This document shows positions 9,289-20,200 of a DNA stretch of 64,000 nucleotides, piece after piece. The notes under the pieces are model-generated. The model did no database searches, had not been told where the DNA came from, and saw only the letters and a program-made list of their open reading frames with translations. Where the stretch lies: assembly GCA_021809645.1 (NCBI GenBank), contig JAJZKE010000001.1, forward strand, positions 47,245 to 111,244. Direction: 5' to 3'. Each line of letters begins with the position of its first letter. Within the stretch, counting starts at the first letter, position 1. Source of the stretch: a bacterium (lineage in GTDB: Bacteria; Patescibacteriota; Saccharimonadia; Saccharimonadales; UBA4665). The position numbers and the translations under genes were made by a program.

Positions 9289-9600
9289 ATGTCTGAATAT
9301 AGTCGAGACGACTTTAAGCCTTTAGATGAGATATCTGAAAGATTAATTGAAGAAAACAATCCATTTTTTAGACATGGCTATTCTAATCGTTGTTTAGGTG
9401 CTATTTTATGGCCGACCGTATGTTTAAGGAGTGATTTGAACCCAGGGGTGGCCGACTTGGCCGATCAATCATATATCGAAGATGGAAAAGAATATCACTT
9501 TGAAAACTTGAGACGTCCTAATAGTTCTGTTTCCGGGCCACCTAAATGTTCGAGAATGATTGTTGGTGTTTCAAGAATTATCAGTCACGAATTAAATTAA
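9289..9600 (+). CDS. Hypothetical 103-aa ORF on the strand opposite to the fusA-tuf operon (coding status uncertain)
   Basis: This is the only ORF of at least 60 aa in the 488-nt fusA-tuf spacer. No Shine-Dalgarno sequence is visible. A TGgTATTTA extended -10-like element at 9270..9278 could give a near-leaderless mRNA. I recognise no domain. Confidence 0.3.
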   Translation: MSEYSRDDFKPLDEISERLIEENNPFFRHGYSNRCLGAILWPTVCLRSDLNPGVADLADQSYIEDGKEYHFENLRRPNSSVSGPPKCSRMIVGVSRIISHELN

Positions 9601-9607
9601 AACGATA

Positions 9608-11695
9608 TTATTTTGTGTTTTTGGCAATGATTGCTTCAGCGATATTCGATGGAACATCAGCGTAGTGGTCGATTTCCATTGAGCTAGAAGCTCTTCCTTG
9701 AGTCATGCTTCTTAAATTAGTCGTATAGCCAAACATTTCGCCCAGTGGTACAAAAGCAGTTATTTCTTTTATGCTGCCTGTTAAATCTTCCATTGACTCT
9801 ATTCGACCTCTTTTTGAGTTCAAATCACCAATTACATCACCCATAAAACTTTCGGGTGTAACAACGACTACTTTCATAATTGGCTCAAGTATTACTGGAC
9901 TAGCTTTTTTGACAGCTTCCTGCAGTGCCATTGAGCCGGCAATAGAGAAAGCCATTTCTGAGGAGTCAACATCGTGGTAGCTGCCATCATATAGCTCAGC
10001 CCTAATATCAACTACTGGATAACCAGCAATAACACCATTAGACATTGCTTCTTCGATGCCTTTTCTAACAGCTGGTATATATTCGTTTGGTACAACTCCA
10101 CCCTTAATAGAGTTTATAAATTCAAAACCTTTACCTGGTTCATTTTGGTATACTTTTATCCATACATCTCCGTATTGTCCACGACCGCCTGATTGACGAA
10201 TAAATTTACCATTGGCTTCAACGCCATCTTTGCGAATAGTTTCTCGGTATGCTACTTGGGGCTGACCGACATTAGCTTCAACGTTAAATTCACGTTTCAT
10301 TCGATCGACAATAATTTCCAAGTGAAGCTCGCCCATACCACTAATAATTGTTTGTCCCGTTTCGTCATCAACATGAACTCGGAAAGTTGGATCTTCTTCT
10401 GCTAAACGACCGAGGGCAATGCTCATTTTTTCTTGATCTACTTTAGTTTTGGGTTCGATGGCAATTGATACCGGTGGTTCAGGGAAGCTAATACTTTCTA
10501 GAATAATGGGGTTGTTAGGATCACATAAGGTATTACCTGTTGTTGTGCCCTTGAGGCCAACAATAGCGGCGATATCGCCAGCTTTTACTTCACTTACATC
10601 TTCTCTTTTGTCAGCTTGCATTCGAACTATTCGTCCGACTCTTTCTTTTTCTCCAGTTGAACTGTTTAAAATGTAAGATCCTGCTGTAATCTTACCGGAG
10701 TAGACTCGAAAATATGCAAGTTTACCAACGAACGGATCAGTTGCGATCTTAAAGGCTAGACCGGAGAAAGGTTCTTTTTCATCTGGTTTTCTTTCTATTT
10801 CATCACCACTTTTAGGATGTGTTCCCCAGGTGCTACTACGATCTATCGGGCTAGGTAGGAGATCAGTAACGGCATCTAGTACTTTTTCAACTATTACACC
10901 TCGGCCATCGCCGCCAGTTACAGCATAGAATTTTCCGGTAAGGACTGCTTTTCTAATGGCTTCTTTGATCTCTTCTTGACTTAAACCTTCTTCGCCTACT
11001 TCGAGGTACTTTTCTAACAATGTTTCATCTTCAGCTACGGCGTTTTCTATTAATAAACTACGATACCTATTAACTTCATCATTCATTTCTTTTGGAATTT
11101 CAGACTCCTGTAGTTCGTGATCGGTAAAATCTTTATAGGTATATGCTTTTAGATTAACTAGGTCAACAATACCTTCAACTGACTGCTCAAAGCCAATAGG
11201 CAGATGGATCGGAAAAGCTCTTTTGCTCAATCTATTGTGGATTGATTCTAATGATTTATAGAAATCTCCACCAGTTTGGTTTATTTTATTAATAAAACAG
11301 ATTCGAGGTACGTTATATTTATCTGCTTGCCGCCAGACGGTTTCCGACTGTGATTCAACTCCCATTTTTCCGTCAAAAACAACAATAGCGCCATCTAAAA
11401 CTCTTAGCGATCTTTCTACTTCAACGGTAAAATCGATATGTCCTGGAGTATCAATAATGTTAATTTGGTGATCTTTCCAGTAGCATGTTACGGCAGCTGA
11501 TACGATGGTAATGCCTCGTTCACGTTCTTGAGCCATCCAGTCGGTAGTTGTTTCGCCCTCATGTACGGCGCCAATTTTGTGTTTTAACCCTGTTCTATAG
11601 AGAATACCTTCGGTCGTTGTTGTTTTACCGGCGTCAATATGAGCAATAATGCCAATATTACGAAGTTTATTTATTGCATACTGTTTTTCTGCCAT
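9608..11695 (-). CDS. fusA: Elongation factor G
   Basis: [20 protein letters not shown] and NKINQ motifs. 695 aa, with AAGGA before the ATG. Confidence 0.98.
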   Translation of the reverse strand: MAEKQYAINKLRNIGIIAHIDAGKTTTTEGILYRTGLKHKIGAVHEGETTTDWMAQERERGITIVSAAVTCYWKDHQINIIDTPGHIDFTVEVERSLRVLDGAIVVFDGKMGVESQSETVWRQADKYNVPRICFINKINQTGGDFYKSLESIHNRLSKRAFPIHLPIGFEQSVEGIVDLVNLKAYTYKDFTDHELQESEIPKEMNDEVNRYRSLLIENAVAEDETLLEKYLEVGEEGLSQEEIKEAIRKAVLTGKFYAVTGGDGRGVIVEKVLDAVTDLLPSPIDRSSTWGTHPKSGDEIERKPDEKEPFSGLAFKIATDPFVGKLAYFRVYSGKITAGSYILNSSTGEKERVGRIVRMQADKREDVSEVKAGDIAAIVGLKGTTTGNTLCDPNNPIILESISFPEPPVSIAIEPKTKVDQEKMSIALGRLAEEDPTFRVHVDDETGQTIISGMGELHLEIIVDRMKREFNVEANVGQPQVAYRETIRKDGVEANGKFIRQSGGRGQYGDVWIKVYQNEPGKGFEFINSIKGGVVPNEYIPAVRKGIEEAMSNGVIAGYPVVDIRAELYDGSYHDVDSSEMAFSIAGSMALQEAVKKASPVILEPIMKVVVVTPESFMGDVIGDLNSKRGRIESMEDLTGSIKEITAFVPLGEMFGYTTNLRSMTQGRASSSMEIDHYADVPSNIAEAIIAKNTK

Positions 11696-11725
11696 ATTTC
11701 CTTCTTTATAATATGAATCAAGTAA

Positions 11726-12409
11726 TTAGTTGCCGCCATTTACTACTGACGGGCCGCTTACTTCACACATGCCATTGTTAAATACGATAGAAGCGATTTT
11801 TTCAGCTCTATCATTATGGTAGCTAGCTAATTCAGTCATTACTGTTCTCGCAACATTGACATTAGCGCAGAACCCCGGTGATACAGCTTGAACATTAAAT
11901 ATCAGCTGGCTTAAACGCATGGCTCTATCTGTGTAAGCATCAGACTTTAATTCATGATGTTGAATAGAGTAATGTTTTAATTTTGTTTTTAAACTATTGA
12001 TAGCATCATCATGATCTTGATTATCAAAACTTACAGTATTTTCAACAGTTAAATTAGTTAGGTTTGCTAATTCTAGATTCTTTTGAACTCTAGATTGATG
12101 CCAAGCTTCTTTAAATAGTCTTAGCTGGATGGCAAACATTAATGGGCTAATCAATTTGCTGGACGAGTAGCCAATATTATCTATTCGATCTTGAAGCTGT
12201 TTGCTTTTTAAAGCTGAAACAGTTGCCTTTAAACTATGTCTATTAGCTCGTATTTCGGATAATTTTCGTTGTCTTTCTAATCTTTCCTCTTTGCCATCAA
12301 AAAACTGATTGACTATTTCAACAAACGGTGTTGAGCTAAAAAAACTTAAAATAGACCTATTGCTAGGCGTTTTATCCATTAACTTACCGTTATCTATTTT
12401 TTGTTCCAT
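11726..12409 (-). CDS. Hypothetical 227-aa protein inserted between rpsG and fusA
   Basis: A long ORF in an AT-rich genome. Its ATG lies 2 nt after the rpsG TAG, and its stop lies 30 nt before the fusA ATG. I recognise no TM segment or motif. Confidence 0.65.
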   Translation of the reverse strand: MEQKIDNGKLMDKTPSNRSILSFFSSTPFVEIVNQFFDGKEERLERQRKLSEIRANRHSLKATVSALKSKQLQDRIDNIGYSSSKLISPLMFAIQLRLFKEAWHQSRVQKNLELANLTNLTVENTVSFDNQDHDDAINSLKTKLKHYSIQHHELKSDAYTDRAMRLSQLIFNVQAVSPGFCANVNVARTVMTELASYHNDRAEKIASIVFNNGMCEVSGPSVVNGGN

Positions 12410-12411
12410 AG

Positions 12412-12891
12412 CTAAAATCTCGCGAAATGAGCAAATGCCCGATTGGCCTCAGCCATTTTATGGGTATCTTCTTTCTTCTTTACTGCTCCACCTTGATTGT
12501 TGTATGCATCTTGTAATTCTAAGGCAATTCGATCTTTCATACTCATGCCCTTACGAGTTCTGGCTGCTTGAACAAACCACATAGTTGTTAAGTGTTGTTG
12601 ACGTTGGCCTTTGACTTCAAAAGGAACTTGATAGTTTGCACCACCAACTCTTCTTGAACGTGTTTCCATGTGTGGTTCGATGTTCTTCATTGCTTGCTCG
12701 AAAACTTCTAAAGGGTTTTGAACCTTTAATTTGTCGGCAGCTTTTTGCATGCCATCATAGACTAATTTTTCAGCAAGTTGCTTTTTGCCGTTAAGCATTA
12801 CGCGGTTAATTAGTTTTTGAACTTGGACAGATTGATATATGCGATCTGGTTCTACTTGTCTGACTAATGATTTGGTAACTTTCCGAGGCAT
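12412..12891 (-). CDS. rpsG: 30S ribosomal protein S7
   Basis: MPRK...PD..Y.S..V.K.IN.VM..GKK..AE.. and RRVGGANYQVP signature. Confidence 0.97.
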   Translation of the reverse strand: MPRKVTKSLVRQVEPDRIYQSVQVQKLINRVMLNGKKQLAEKLVYDGMQKAADKLKVQNPLEVFEQAMKNIEPHMETRSRRVGGANYQVPFEVKGQRQQHLTTMWFVQAARTRKGMSMKDRIALELQDAYNNQGGAVKKKEDTHKMAEANRAFAHFARF

Positions 12892-13304
12892 TATTTATTT
12901 TCCTTCTTAGTCCCATATTTAGATCGACCTTGTTTACGTTCAGATACACCTTGAAGATCTAGATTGCCTCTAACTATATGGTATCTTACACCAGGTAAGT
13001 CTTTAACTCTTCCACCTCTTACTAAGACCGCTGCGTGTTCTTGAAGATTATGTCCTTCGCCACCTATATATGCCCATACTTCATAACCGTTAGTTAGTCT
13101 TACTCTCGCTACTTTTCGTAATGCTGAGTTTGGTTTTTTTGGTGTCTTAGTTGTTACCTTGACACATACTCCTCTTTTGAAAGGTGAAGATTTCTCATAG
13201 CTAACATTTCTTAAATTGTTAACTACACGTTGCATAGCCGGTGACTTACTTTTAGAAGAAGCCCTGCTTCGCGGTTTTCTGACCAATTGATTAATTGTAG
13301 GCAA
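12891..13304 (-). CDS. rpsL: 30S ribosomal protein S12 (TTG start)
   Basis: PTINQLVRK...KSPA...[26 protein letters not shown] is typical of S12. AAGGAG lies upstream of the TTG at 13304..13302. Confidence 0.97.
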   Translation of the reverse strand: MPTINQLVRKPRSRASSKSKSPAMQRVVNNLRNVSYEKSSPFKRGVCVKVTTKTPKKPNSALRKVARVRLTNGYEVWAYIGGEGHNLQEHAAVLVRGGRVKDLPGVRYHIVRGNLDLQGVSERKQGRSKYGTKKENK

Positions 13305-13400
13305 TATATTCTCCTTGTTTGGCTCTCTACTGCTTTTAGGTAATTTGCCTATCTACCTAGCTCAGAGTTACCAAAATTACTTAAATTTCAACTTTAATGT

Positions 13401-13429
13401 ATTTTAACAGATGAATTATTAACTATCAA
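13401..13429 (-). promoter_or_regulatory. Candidate rpsL (str operon) promoter
   Basis: Minus strand TTGATA (13429..13424), a 17-nt spacer, then TAAAAT (13406..13401). It starts 6 nt after the rpoC stop and would give a ~90-nt leader. Confidence 0.4.
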
Positions 13430-13434
13430 GTAGG

Positions 13435-16400
13435 CTAAGTGGTCGTTTGTTCATCGGCTATTAACTCTTCTTGTTCCGTTTTCTGATCATCATCTTCTTC
13501 TTGAAAACCAGTACCGACTGGTATTTTACGACCTAGGATAACGTTCTCTTTAAGGCCGTAGAGGTGGTCAACTTTACCTGATGTAGCAGCACTTATCAAT
13601 ACTCTAGTTGTGTCTTGGAAAGATGCAGCGCTTAAGAAAGAGTCAGTAGACAAAGAAGCTTTCGTTATACCTAGTAGTAACTGACTAAATTTAGCTGGTT
13701 GTTGGCCATTTTTTACTAACTTTTCATTAGCGCCAACAGCTGCTAATTTGCTAACTATATCACCAGTTACGAACTCGTTATCTCCAGATTCTTCTATTTG
13801 AACTCTGCTGAACATCTGTCTAACGATTATCTCGAGGTGTTTATCAGCTATATTTTGACCTTGACCAGCAAAGATTTTTAAAATCTCATTCATGATATAG
13901 CGCTGGGTAGCTTCAACACCTTGAAGACGCATTAAATCATGTAAGTTAACTGATCCATTAGTTAATCTCTGACCGGCTATTACCTGATCGCCGTCAGCGA
14001 TCAATAGTTGTTTAAAGCCAGGTATTTCATATCTTAAAATGCTTTTACTAGTTGGGCTAATGTTTATTTCTTTTTTAGATAAGCTAATCTTACCTGACAT
14101 AGGTGATATGAGAGGCTCACTGCCGTCTTCTTGAGAAGCTAGTACATCTCCGATAGCAACGTCGCTACCATCGGCAATGTGTACTTTTCTGTCGCCTATT
14201 TTTAAGCTAACATTTTCTTTTGCGTCGGCTGTAATTTGAACGATGTACTTATCACCTTCTTCCCAGCAACTTGCTGTACCGCTAATTTCTGTTAAATAAG
14301 CTTGTCCTTTTGGCATTCTCACTTCAAACAATTCTTCAACACGAGATAGACCTTGAGCAGTATCGTCGGCGATAACTGCACCCGCTCGGTGTTTGGAGTC
14401 TAAACTTAGCTGAGTGCCAGGCTCACCAATACTTTGAGCAGCGATGACTCCGATTGGATGATGATTAGATACTAGATCACCAGTAGCCGGGTCAATACCG
14501 TATGAACGTCGATCGACTCCGAGAACACTTCCTGAACTTAAAGCGCTCATTATCTTAATACCATCAATGGAATCATTGTCTTCTATTTTGTTGGCGATTT
14601 CTTCGTTAATTAGTTCACCTTTTTTAATTAAACCTTTAATATCTTCTGCTGCGAAACGACCAATTAATCTTGAGCCATAGCTGACGCCTATTTCTTGGGC
14701 ATCAGATCTTAACATAGCAAAGCCTGGGTCTGAGTTGCTAGCATCTTCAATCGTGAAAACATCTTGAGCAACGTCTACTAATCTTCTAGTTAAATATCCA
14801 GCATCAGCTGTTTTAAGAGCTATATCTATTAGTGCTTTTCTGGTTCCTCGGGTACCAGTGAAGTATTCTAGTGGGTCAAGACCTTGGATATATCCAGCTT
14901 TAATCGGTAGTTCAATAGCCTGTCCTGATGCGTCGGATTGTACACCTAACATACCAACTGACATTTTCATTTGTGAGATATTTCCTCTAGATCCCGAAGT
15001 GATTGCAATAGCCATAGATGAATCCTCGTTAGCCATTTGATCGGCTAAACGTTCCTGAACTTGGGAGTCAACTTTGGTCCAGTTCTCGACTGTTAATCGG
15101 TATCGTTCATCGTCATTTATAAAGCCTTGTTCATATTGATCGGAGATTGATTTAGCTCTATTTTCACCTTCATCGATTAATTTATCCATACCTTTTATTG
15201 GACTAAAATCACCCATTCCCATAGATAAGCCAGATAATGTAGCGTAATGAAAACCTAAATCTTTCAAGGAATCTGCAACTTCAGCAGTTTTTTCTTGTCC
15301 GTATTTGGCATATACAGTAGCCATAACCTGTTGTAAACGTTTTTTAGTCATAGTTTCATCTTGGAAGGTGAAATCTTCAGGTAATATTTCATTAAATAAC
15401 AAACGACCGATAGTTGTTTGTCGAACTTGGCCACGAAAAGGTAAGCTAACTATTGATTGCAGCTCAACAATACCTTTATCGAAAGCCATTAAAGCTTCAT
15501 TTAAATCTATAAATTTAATAGCATCTGTTTTGTTGTTAGGTCTAATATATGTTAAGTAGTAACAGCCCAAAACTATATCTTGTTCAATGTGTAAGATTGG
15601 AGATCCGTCTGCAGGCTTCAGTAGATTTTTATTGGCTGCCATGATTTCACGAGCTTCTTTTTGAGATTCTTTACTCAGTGGTAGATGTACAGCCATTTGG
15701 TCGCCGTCAAAATCGGCGTTAAAGCCCTTACATACCAACGGATGAAGTTGAATTGCTCGACCTTCAATGAGAACTGGTTGAAAAGCTTGGATACTTAATC
15801 TATGTAGGCTTGGAGCTCGATTTAGAAGTACGTATTTACCCTTGATTACTTCGTCTAAAGCATCCCAAACTACAGTTTCAGCAGTTTCTATTAATCTTGA
15901 TGCACTCCTTATATTATGAGCATGTTCTCGACTAATAAGCTCACCAATAACAAATGGCTTGAAGAGTTCCAAGGCCATCATTTTAGGCAGACCACATTGA
16001 TATATCTTTAATTCAGGACCAGCAACTATTACTGATCGTCCAGAATAGTCAACTCTTTTACCTAAGAGGTTTTGTCTAAATCGTCCTTGTTTACCTTTTA
16101 GAAGATCAGAAAGACTCTTTAATCTTCGTCTTTGACCAGTGGCTGCAACAGCTCTACCGGATCTTGTACTATTATTGTCGATTAAAGCATCAACTGCTTC
16201 TTGAAGCATTCTTTGTTCATTTCGGCGAATTACTTCCGGTGCGTTTAAATCGATTAATTTTTTAAGACGGTTGTTTCGGTTGATTACTCGTCGGTAAAGA
16301 TCATTCATATCTGAAGTAGCAAAACGTCCGCCAGTTAACTGTACCATTGGCCTAAGATCTGGGGGTATAACCGGTAGTACTGTTATACACATTGAGCTTG

Positions 16401-17274
16401 GACGAATGCCGGCTCGTTGCATACTTTCTAGCAACCTTAGTCTTTTCATGATTTTTTTCTTACGTTGGCCCTTGGCCTCTTCGGCTTCAGCGTTCAATTC
16501 GTTAACAAGTTTAACAAGGTCAATTTCATCAAGAAGTTCTTTAAGGGTAGTTCCACCCATTCCAACTTCTACTAGGTCTTTTAGCTCGTCTGGTAGATTA
16601 CGATAGTCAGTTTCACTAATTAAGTTAAGTTTTTCTAGACTTGTAATTTGATTTTTAAATATTTCAAATTGTTCACTTAGATCATTTATTTCTTTAGTTC
16701 TCATTTCGGCTAAAGCTTTGACATTAGCTTTTTCGTCTTTGGCTTCTTTTTCGTATCTTAAGTTAATAGCTTCTTTAGCAGCGGCAAATTCAGCTTCTTT
16801 ATCTATTAGCAATTGATCTCTTTTTTTACTATCAATACTTTTAATGATGTAACTAGCAAAATATGCTACTCTTTCTAAGTTTTTGACAGTCATACCAAGT
16901 AAAAGACCAATAGCTGAAGGTGTTCCTCGTAAGAACCAAATATGTGCGACAGGAACTGCAAGACTAATATGCCCCATACGTTCACGTCTAACAATTGACT
17001 TAGTTACTAGCTCACCGTTTTTATCAACTGCAGCTTCACGACTTCTTACACCTTTATATTTAGCATCATGAGGATTAATATCTTTTACCGGCCCAAAAAT
17101 TCGTTCGCAAAACAAACCGTCTCTTTCAGGCTTTTGAGTTCGATAATTGATTGTTTCTGGTTTTGTCACTTCACCATAGCTCCATTCCAAGATATCTGCC
17201 GGGCTGGCGACTGCCAGTCTAACAGCATCAAAATCGGCGATATCATTACCTACGGCTGTTCTTCCTTGATTCAT
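13435..17274 (-). CDS. rpoC: DNA-directed RNA polymerase subunit beta'
   Basis: NADFDGDQMAVH catalytic motif. 1279 aa, downstream of rpoB. Confidence 0.98.
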   Translation of the reverse strand: MNQGRTAVGNDIADFDAVRLAVASPADILEWSYGEVTKPETINYRTQKPERDGLFCERIFGPVKDINPHDAKYKGVRSREAAVDKNGELVTKSIVRRERMGHISLAVPVAHIWFLRGTPSAIGLLLGMTVKNLERVAYFASYIIKSIDSKKRDQLLIDKEAEFAAAKEAINLRYEKEAKDEKANVKALAEMRTKEINDLSEQFEIFKNQITSLEKLNLISETDYRNLPDELKDLVEVGMGGTTLKELLDEIDLVKLVNELNAEAEEAKGQRKKKIMKRLRLLESMQRAGIRPSSMCITVLPVIPPDLRPMVQLTGGRFATSDMNDLYRRVINRNNRLKKLIDLNAPEVIRRNEQRMLQEAVDALIDNNSTRSGRAVAATGQRRRLKSLSDLLKGKQGRFRQNLLGKRVDYSGRSVIVAGPELKIYQCGLPKMMALELFKPFVIGELISREHAHNIRSASRLIETAETVVWDALDEVIKGKYVLLNRAPSLHRLSIQAFQPVLIEGRAIQLHPLVCKGFNADFDGDQMAVHLPLSKESQKEAREIMAANKNLLKPADGSPILHIEQDIVLGCYYLTYIRPNNKTDAIKFIDLNEALMAFDKGIVELQSIVSLPFRGQVRQTTIGRLLFNEILPEDFTFQDETMTKKRLQQVMATVYAKYGQEKTAEVADSLKDLGFHYATLSGLSMGMGDFSPIKGMDKLIDEGENRAKSISDQYEQGFINDDERYRLTVENWTKVDSQVQERLADQMANEDSSMAIAITSGSRGNISQMKMSVGMLGVQSDASGQAIELPIKAGYIQGLDPLEYFTGTRGTRKALIDIALKTADAGYLTRRLVDVAQDVFTIEDASNSDPGFAMLRSDAQEIGVSYGSRLIGRFAAEDIKGLIKKGELINEEIANKIEDNDSIDGIKIMSALSSGSVLGVDRRSYGIDPATGDLVSNHHPIGVIAAQSIGEPGTQLSLDSKHRAGAVIADDTAQGLSRVEELFEVRMPKGQAYLTEISGTASCWEEGDKYIVQITADAKENVSLKIGDRKVHIADGSDVAIGDVLASQEDGSEPLISPMSGKISLSKKEINISPTSKSILRYEIPGFKQLLIADGDQVIAGQRLTNGSVNLHDLMRLQGVEATQRYIMNEILKIFAGQGQNIADKHLEIIVRQMFSRVQIEESGDNEFVTGDIVSKLAAVGANEKLVKNGQQPAKFSQLLLGITKASLSTDSFLSAASFQDTTRVLISAATSGKVDHLYGLKENVILGRKIPVGTGFQEEDDDQKTEQEELIADEQTTT

Positions 17275-17289
17275 TTTCGACTATCTCCC

Positions 17290-20200
17290 TTATTCCTCAT
17301 TAACTATTTCTTCTTCAGTGCTATTAACAGACGGTATAATGTTATCTGTTGATTCAACTGAGATATCAGCTGCAATAATTTCGTCATTGACATCTTCCAC
17401 TGCAAATTCATCGATTGCTGGTTCTTGACTGAGATCTATATCAGAAATTGGTGGCTCGGGAACCTCTACTTCTGGTAAGTTACTTGCCTCGCTGCTGATG
17501 TTATTAGCTAGTACTGCTTCGGCGTCTACTAAACTGTCAGATTTAACTAGATCTACCTTAAGGCCTAAACCTTGAAGTTCTTTAACTAGTACGTTAAAGC
17601 TTTCCGGTATCTTAGGACCAACAATATCTGTCTTTTTGATGATTGATTCATAGGCTTTACTTCGTCCGTAAACATCATCTGATTTAATTGTCAGCATTTC
17701 TTGAAGAGTATTGGCTGCTCCATATGCTTCTAGAGCCCAAACTTCCATTTCTCCAAACCTTTGACCACCATTTTGAGCCTTACCGCCTAGTGGCTGTTGG
17801 GTAACCATAGTGTAAGGACCAGTAGAACGGGCATGGATTTTGTCAGCAACCATATGATTAAGCTTAATCATATACATTGATCCAACTGTTGTTTTTTCCT
17901 TAAATGGTTGTCCAGTTCGACCGTCAAAGAGTTGAAGTTTGCCATCGCTTGGATACTTCGCTTCTTCAAGAAGTTCTTTAATTTTATCTACTGAAACACC
18001 GTTAAATGAAGGGCTGGTAACTTTTATTCCTAATGCTCTGGCTGCCATACCTAAGTGGGTTTCAAATAACTGGCCAACATTCATTCTTGAGGGAACACCT
18101 AAAGGATTCAAAATTATATCAATAGGTGTACCATCTTCCATGAATGGCATGTCTTCAATTGGTAAAATCCGAGCGATAACACCTTTGTTACCGTGTCGGC
18201 CGCCGAGTTTATCACCTACCGAGATCTTTCTCATCTGAGCTACGAAAACTTGAATTTGCTTTATGACACCTGCCTTTAGTTCATGTCCATTCTCCCGGCT
18301 AAAAATTTTAACGCCGACAACTTTACCATGTTTACCATTGCTCATTCGCTGAGAGGTGTCTCTGACTTCTTTAGCTTTTTCGCCAAATATAGCTCTTAAA
18401 AGTCTTTCTTCTGATGATAGTTCTTGTTCGCCTTTTGGTGTAATCTTACCGACCAATATATCTCCAGGATGAACTTCAGCACCGATCCTTACGATACCAT
18501 CTTCATCAAGATGTCTTAGTGTTTCTTCAGAAACATTAGGTATATCTCGAGTAACTATTTCAGGCCCTAATTTTGTTTCTCTGACTTCGATCATAAAGTC
18601 GACAATATGAACAGAAGTTAAGGTATCATCTTCGACTAATTTTCGACTAATAATGATGGCGTCTTCAAAGTTATATCCTGCCCAAGGCATAAAGGCGCAT
18701 ATTAAGTCTTTACCTAAAGCCAGTTCACCATTCTCAATCGACATTCCTTCAATTAATGCATCACCAGCTTTGACTATATCGCCGGTTGAAACAGCTACTT
18801 TTTGATTTATAGCTGTTCCTTCATTACTTCTGACAAACCTTTGAGGTTGATATGATACTTTTCGATCTTTATATTGAACGATAACTTCTTGGGCATCAGC
18901 CTTTATTACTTCGCCGGTAGCTTCTGCTTGAACTAATTGACCACTGTTTTCGGCGACTGCTTTTTCTAGTCCTGTGCCAACTATAGGGGACTTCGGAACA
19001 ATTAAAGGTACTGCCTGCCTTTGTTGATTGGAACCCATTAAGCTACGGTAAACATAGTTTTTTTCGATAAATGGTATTAAGCCGGCTGATGACCCAATAA
19101 CTTGGTTTCTTGATGCGTCCATGTAGTTGACTTCGTCGGCATCGACTTCGCCGGTAGCTAGTCGTCGTCGAGCGCTAACACGTTCTTCAACAAAGTAACC
19201 ATCTTTAGTTATTTCTGATCCACCGCTGGCTATAACTGCACCTTCTTCCTCAAATGCATCCAAGTAAATAATTTCATTGGTAACCTTAGCTTTTACTGGC
19301 CAGGTTACTTTTGAAGTTACTTTAGCTAATTTAGTTGAATCTGCCGCAGTTATTTTATTACCCTTTTTAACAATTATCTTTCCTTTATCATCTTCTAGAT
19401 CAACGGCTGCTATATGACCAACTGCATCTTTAGCAGTTACGGCATTAATAACTTTACGGTAAGGCGTTTCGATAAATCCGTAATCATTAACACGAGCATA
19501 GTTTGCTAGGTTTAAAACTAAGCCGATGTTAGCACCTTCTGGTGTTTCAACGGCACAAATACGACCATAATGAGTAGCGTGAGCATCACGGACTTCAAAG
19601 CCTGCTCGTTCACGGCTTAATCCTCCGGGGCCCATTGAGCTTAGTCTTCTTTTATGGGCAAGCTCACTTAAGGGATTAATCTGATCCATGAATTGCGATA
19701 ATTGTGAGCTAGCAAAAAATTCTCTAACAGCTGCAACAATTGGTCGGGCATTGATTAATTGACTGGGTGTAACTGTCTCTATTTCTGACATCGACATACG
19801 GTCTTTAGTGTTTCGTTCCATTCTCAGTAAACCAATTCTAAATTGTCGTTGAACTAATTCGCCAACTAATTTAACCCTTCGGTTTGCTAAGCTGTCGATA
19901 TCATCAGCAGGTTCTTGAGTGTTATTAAGCCTAATGATTTCAGCTATTATGGCTTTGATATCTTCGAGTCTCATAACTCTATTTTCGATAGTATTTGGAA
20001 TATCGAGATCTAATCGTTTATTAATCTTATATCTACCTACTCGAGAAAAATCAAAACGTTTGTAATTGTAAAACATGTTTTCAATTAAACTTCGAGCGTT
20101 ATCAACGGTTGCTAAATCTCCCGGTCGAAGTCTACGGTAAACTTCGATTAGGGCATCATTTTGTCCTCGGCTAGTATCTTTATCTAAAGTTGACTTCAAG

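Noticed and set aside
9430-9465. tRNA-like T-loop string (minus-strand GGGTTCAAATCAC) and possible RNase P, tmRNA or SRP RNA in the fusA-tuf spacer
   Set aside because: The flanking bases do not form a T-stem, acceptor stem or anticodon arm. No GGAAAGTCC-type RNase P block or tmRNA tag/acceptor features were found by eye. The question is left open only as 'unannotated structured RNA?' in the corresponding finding.
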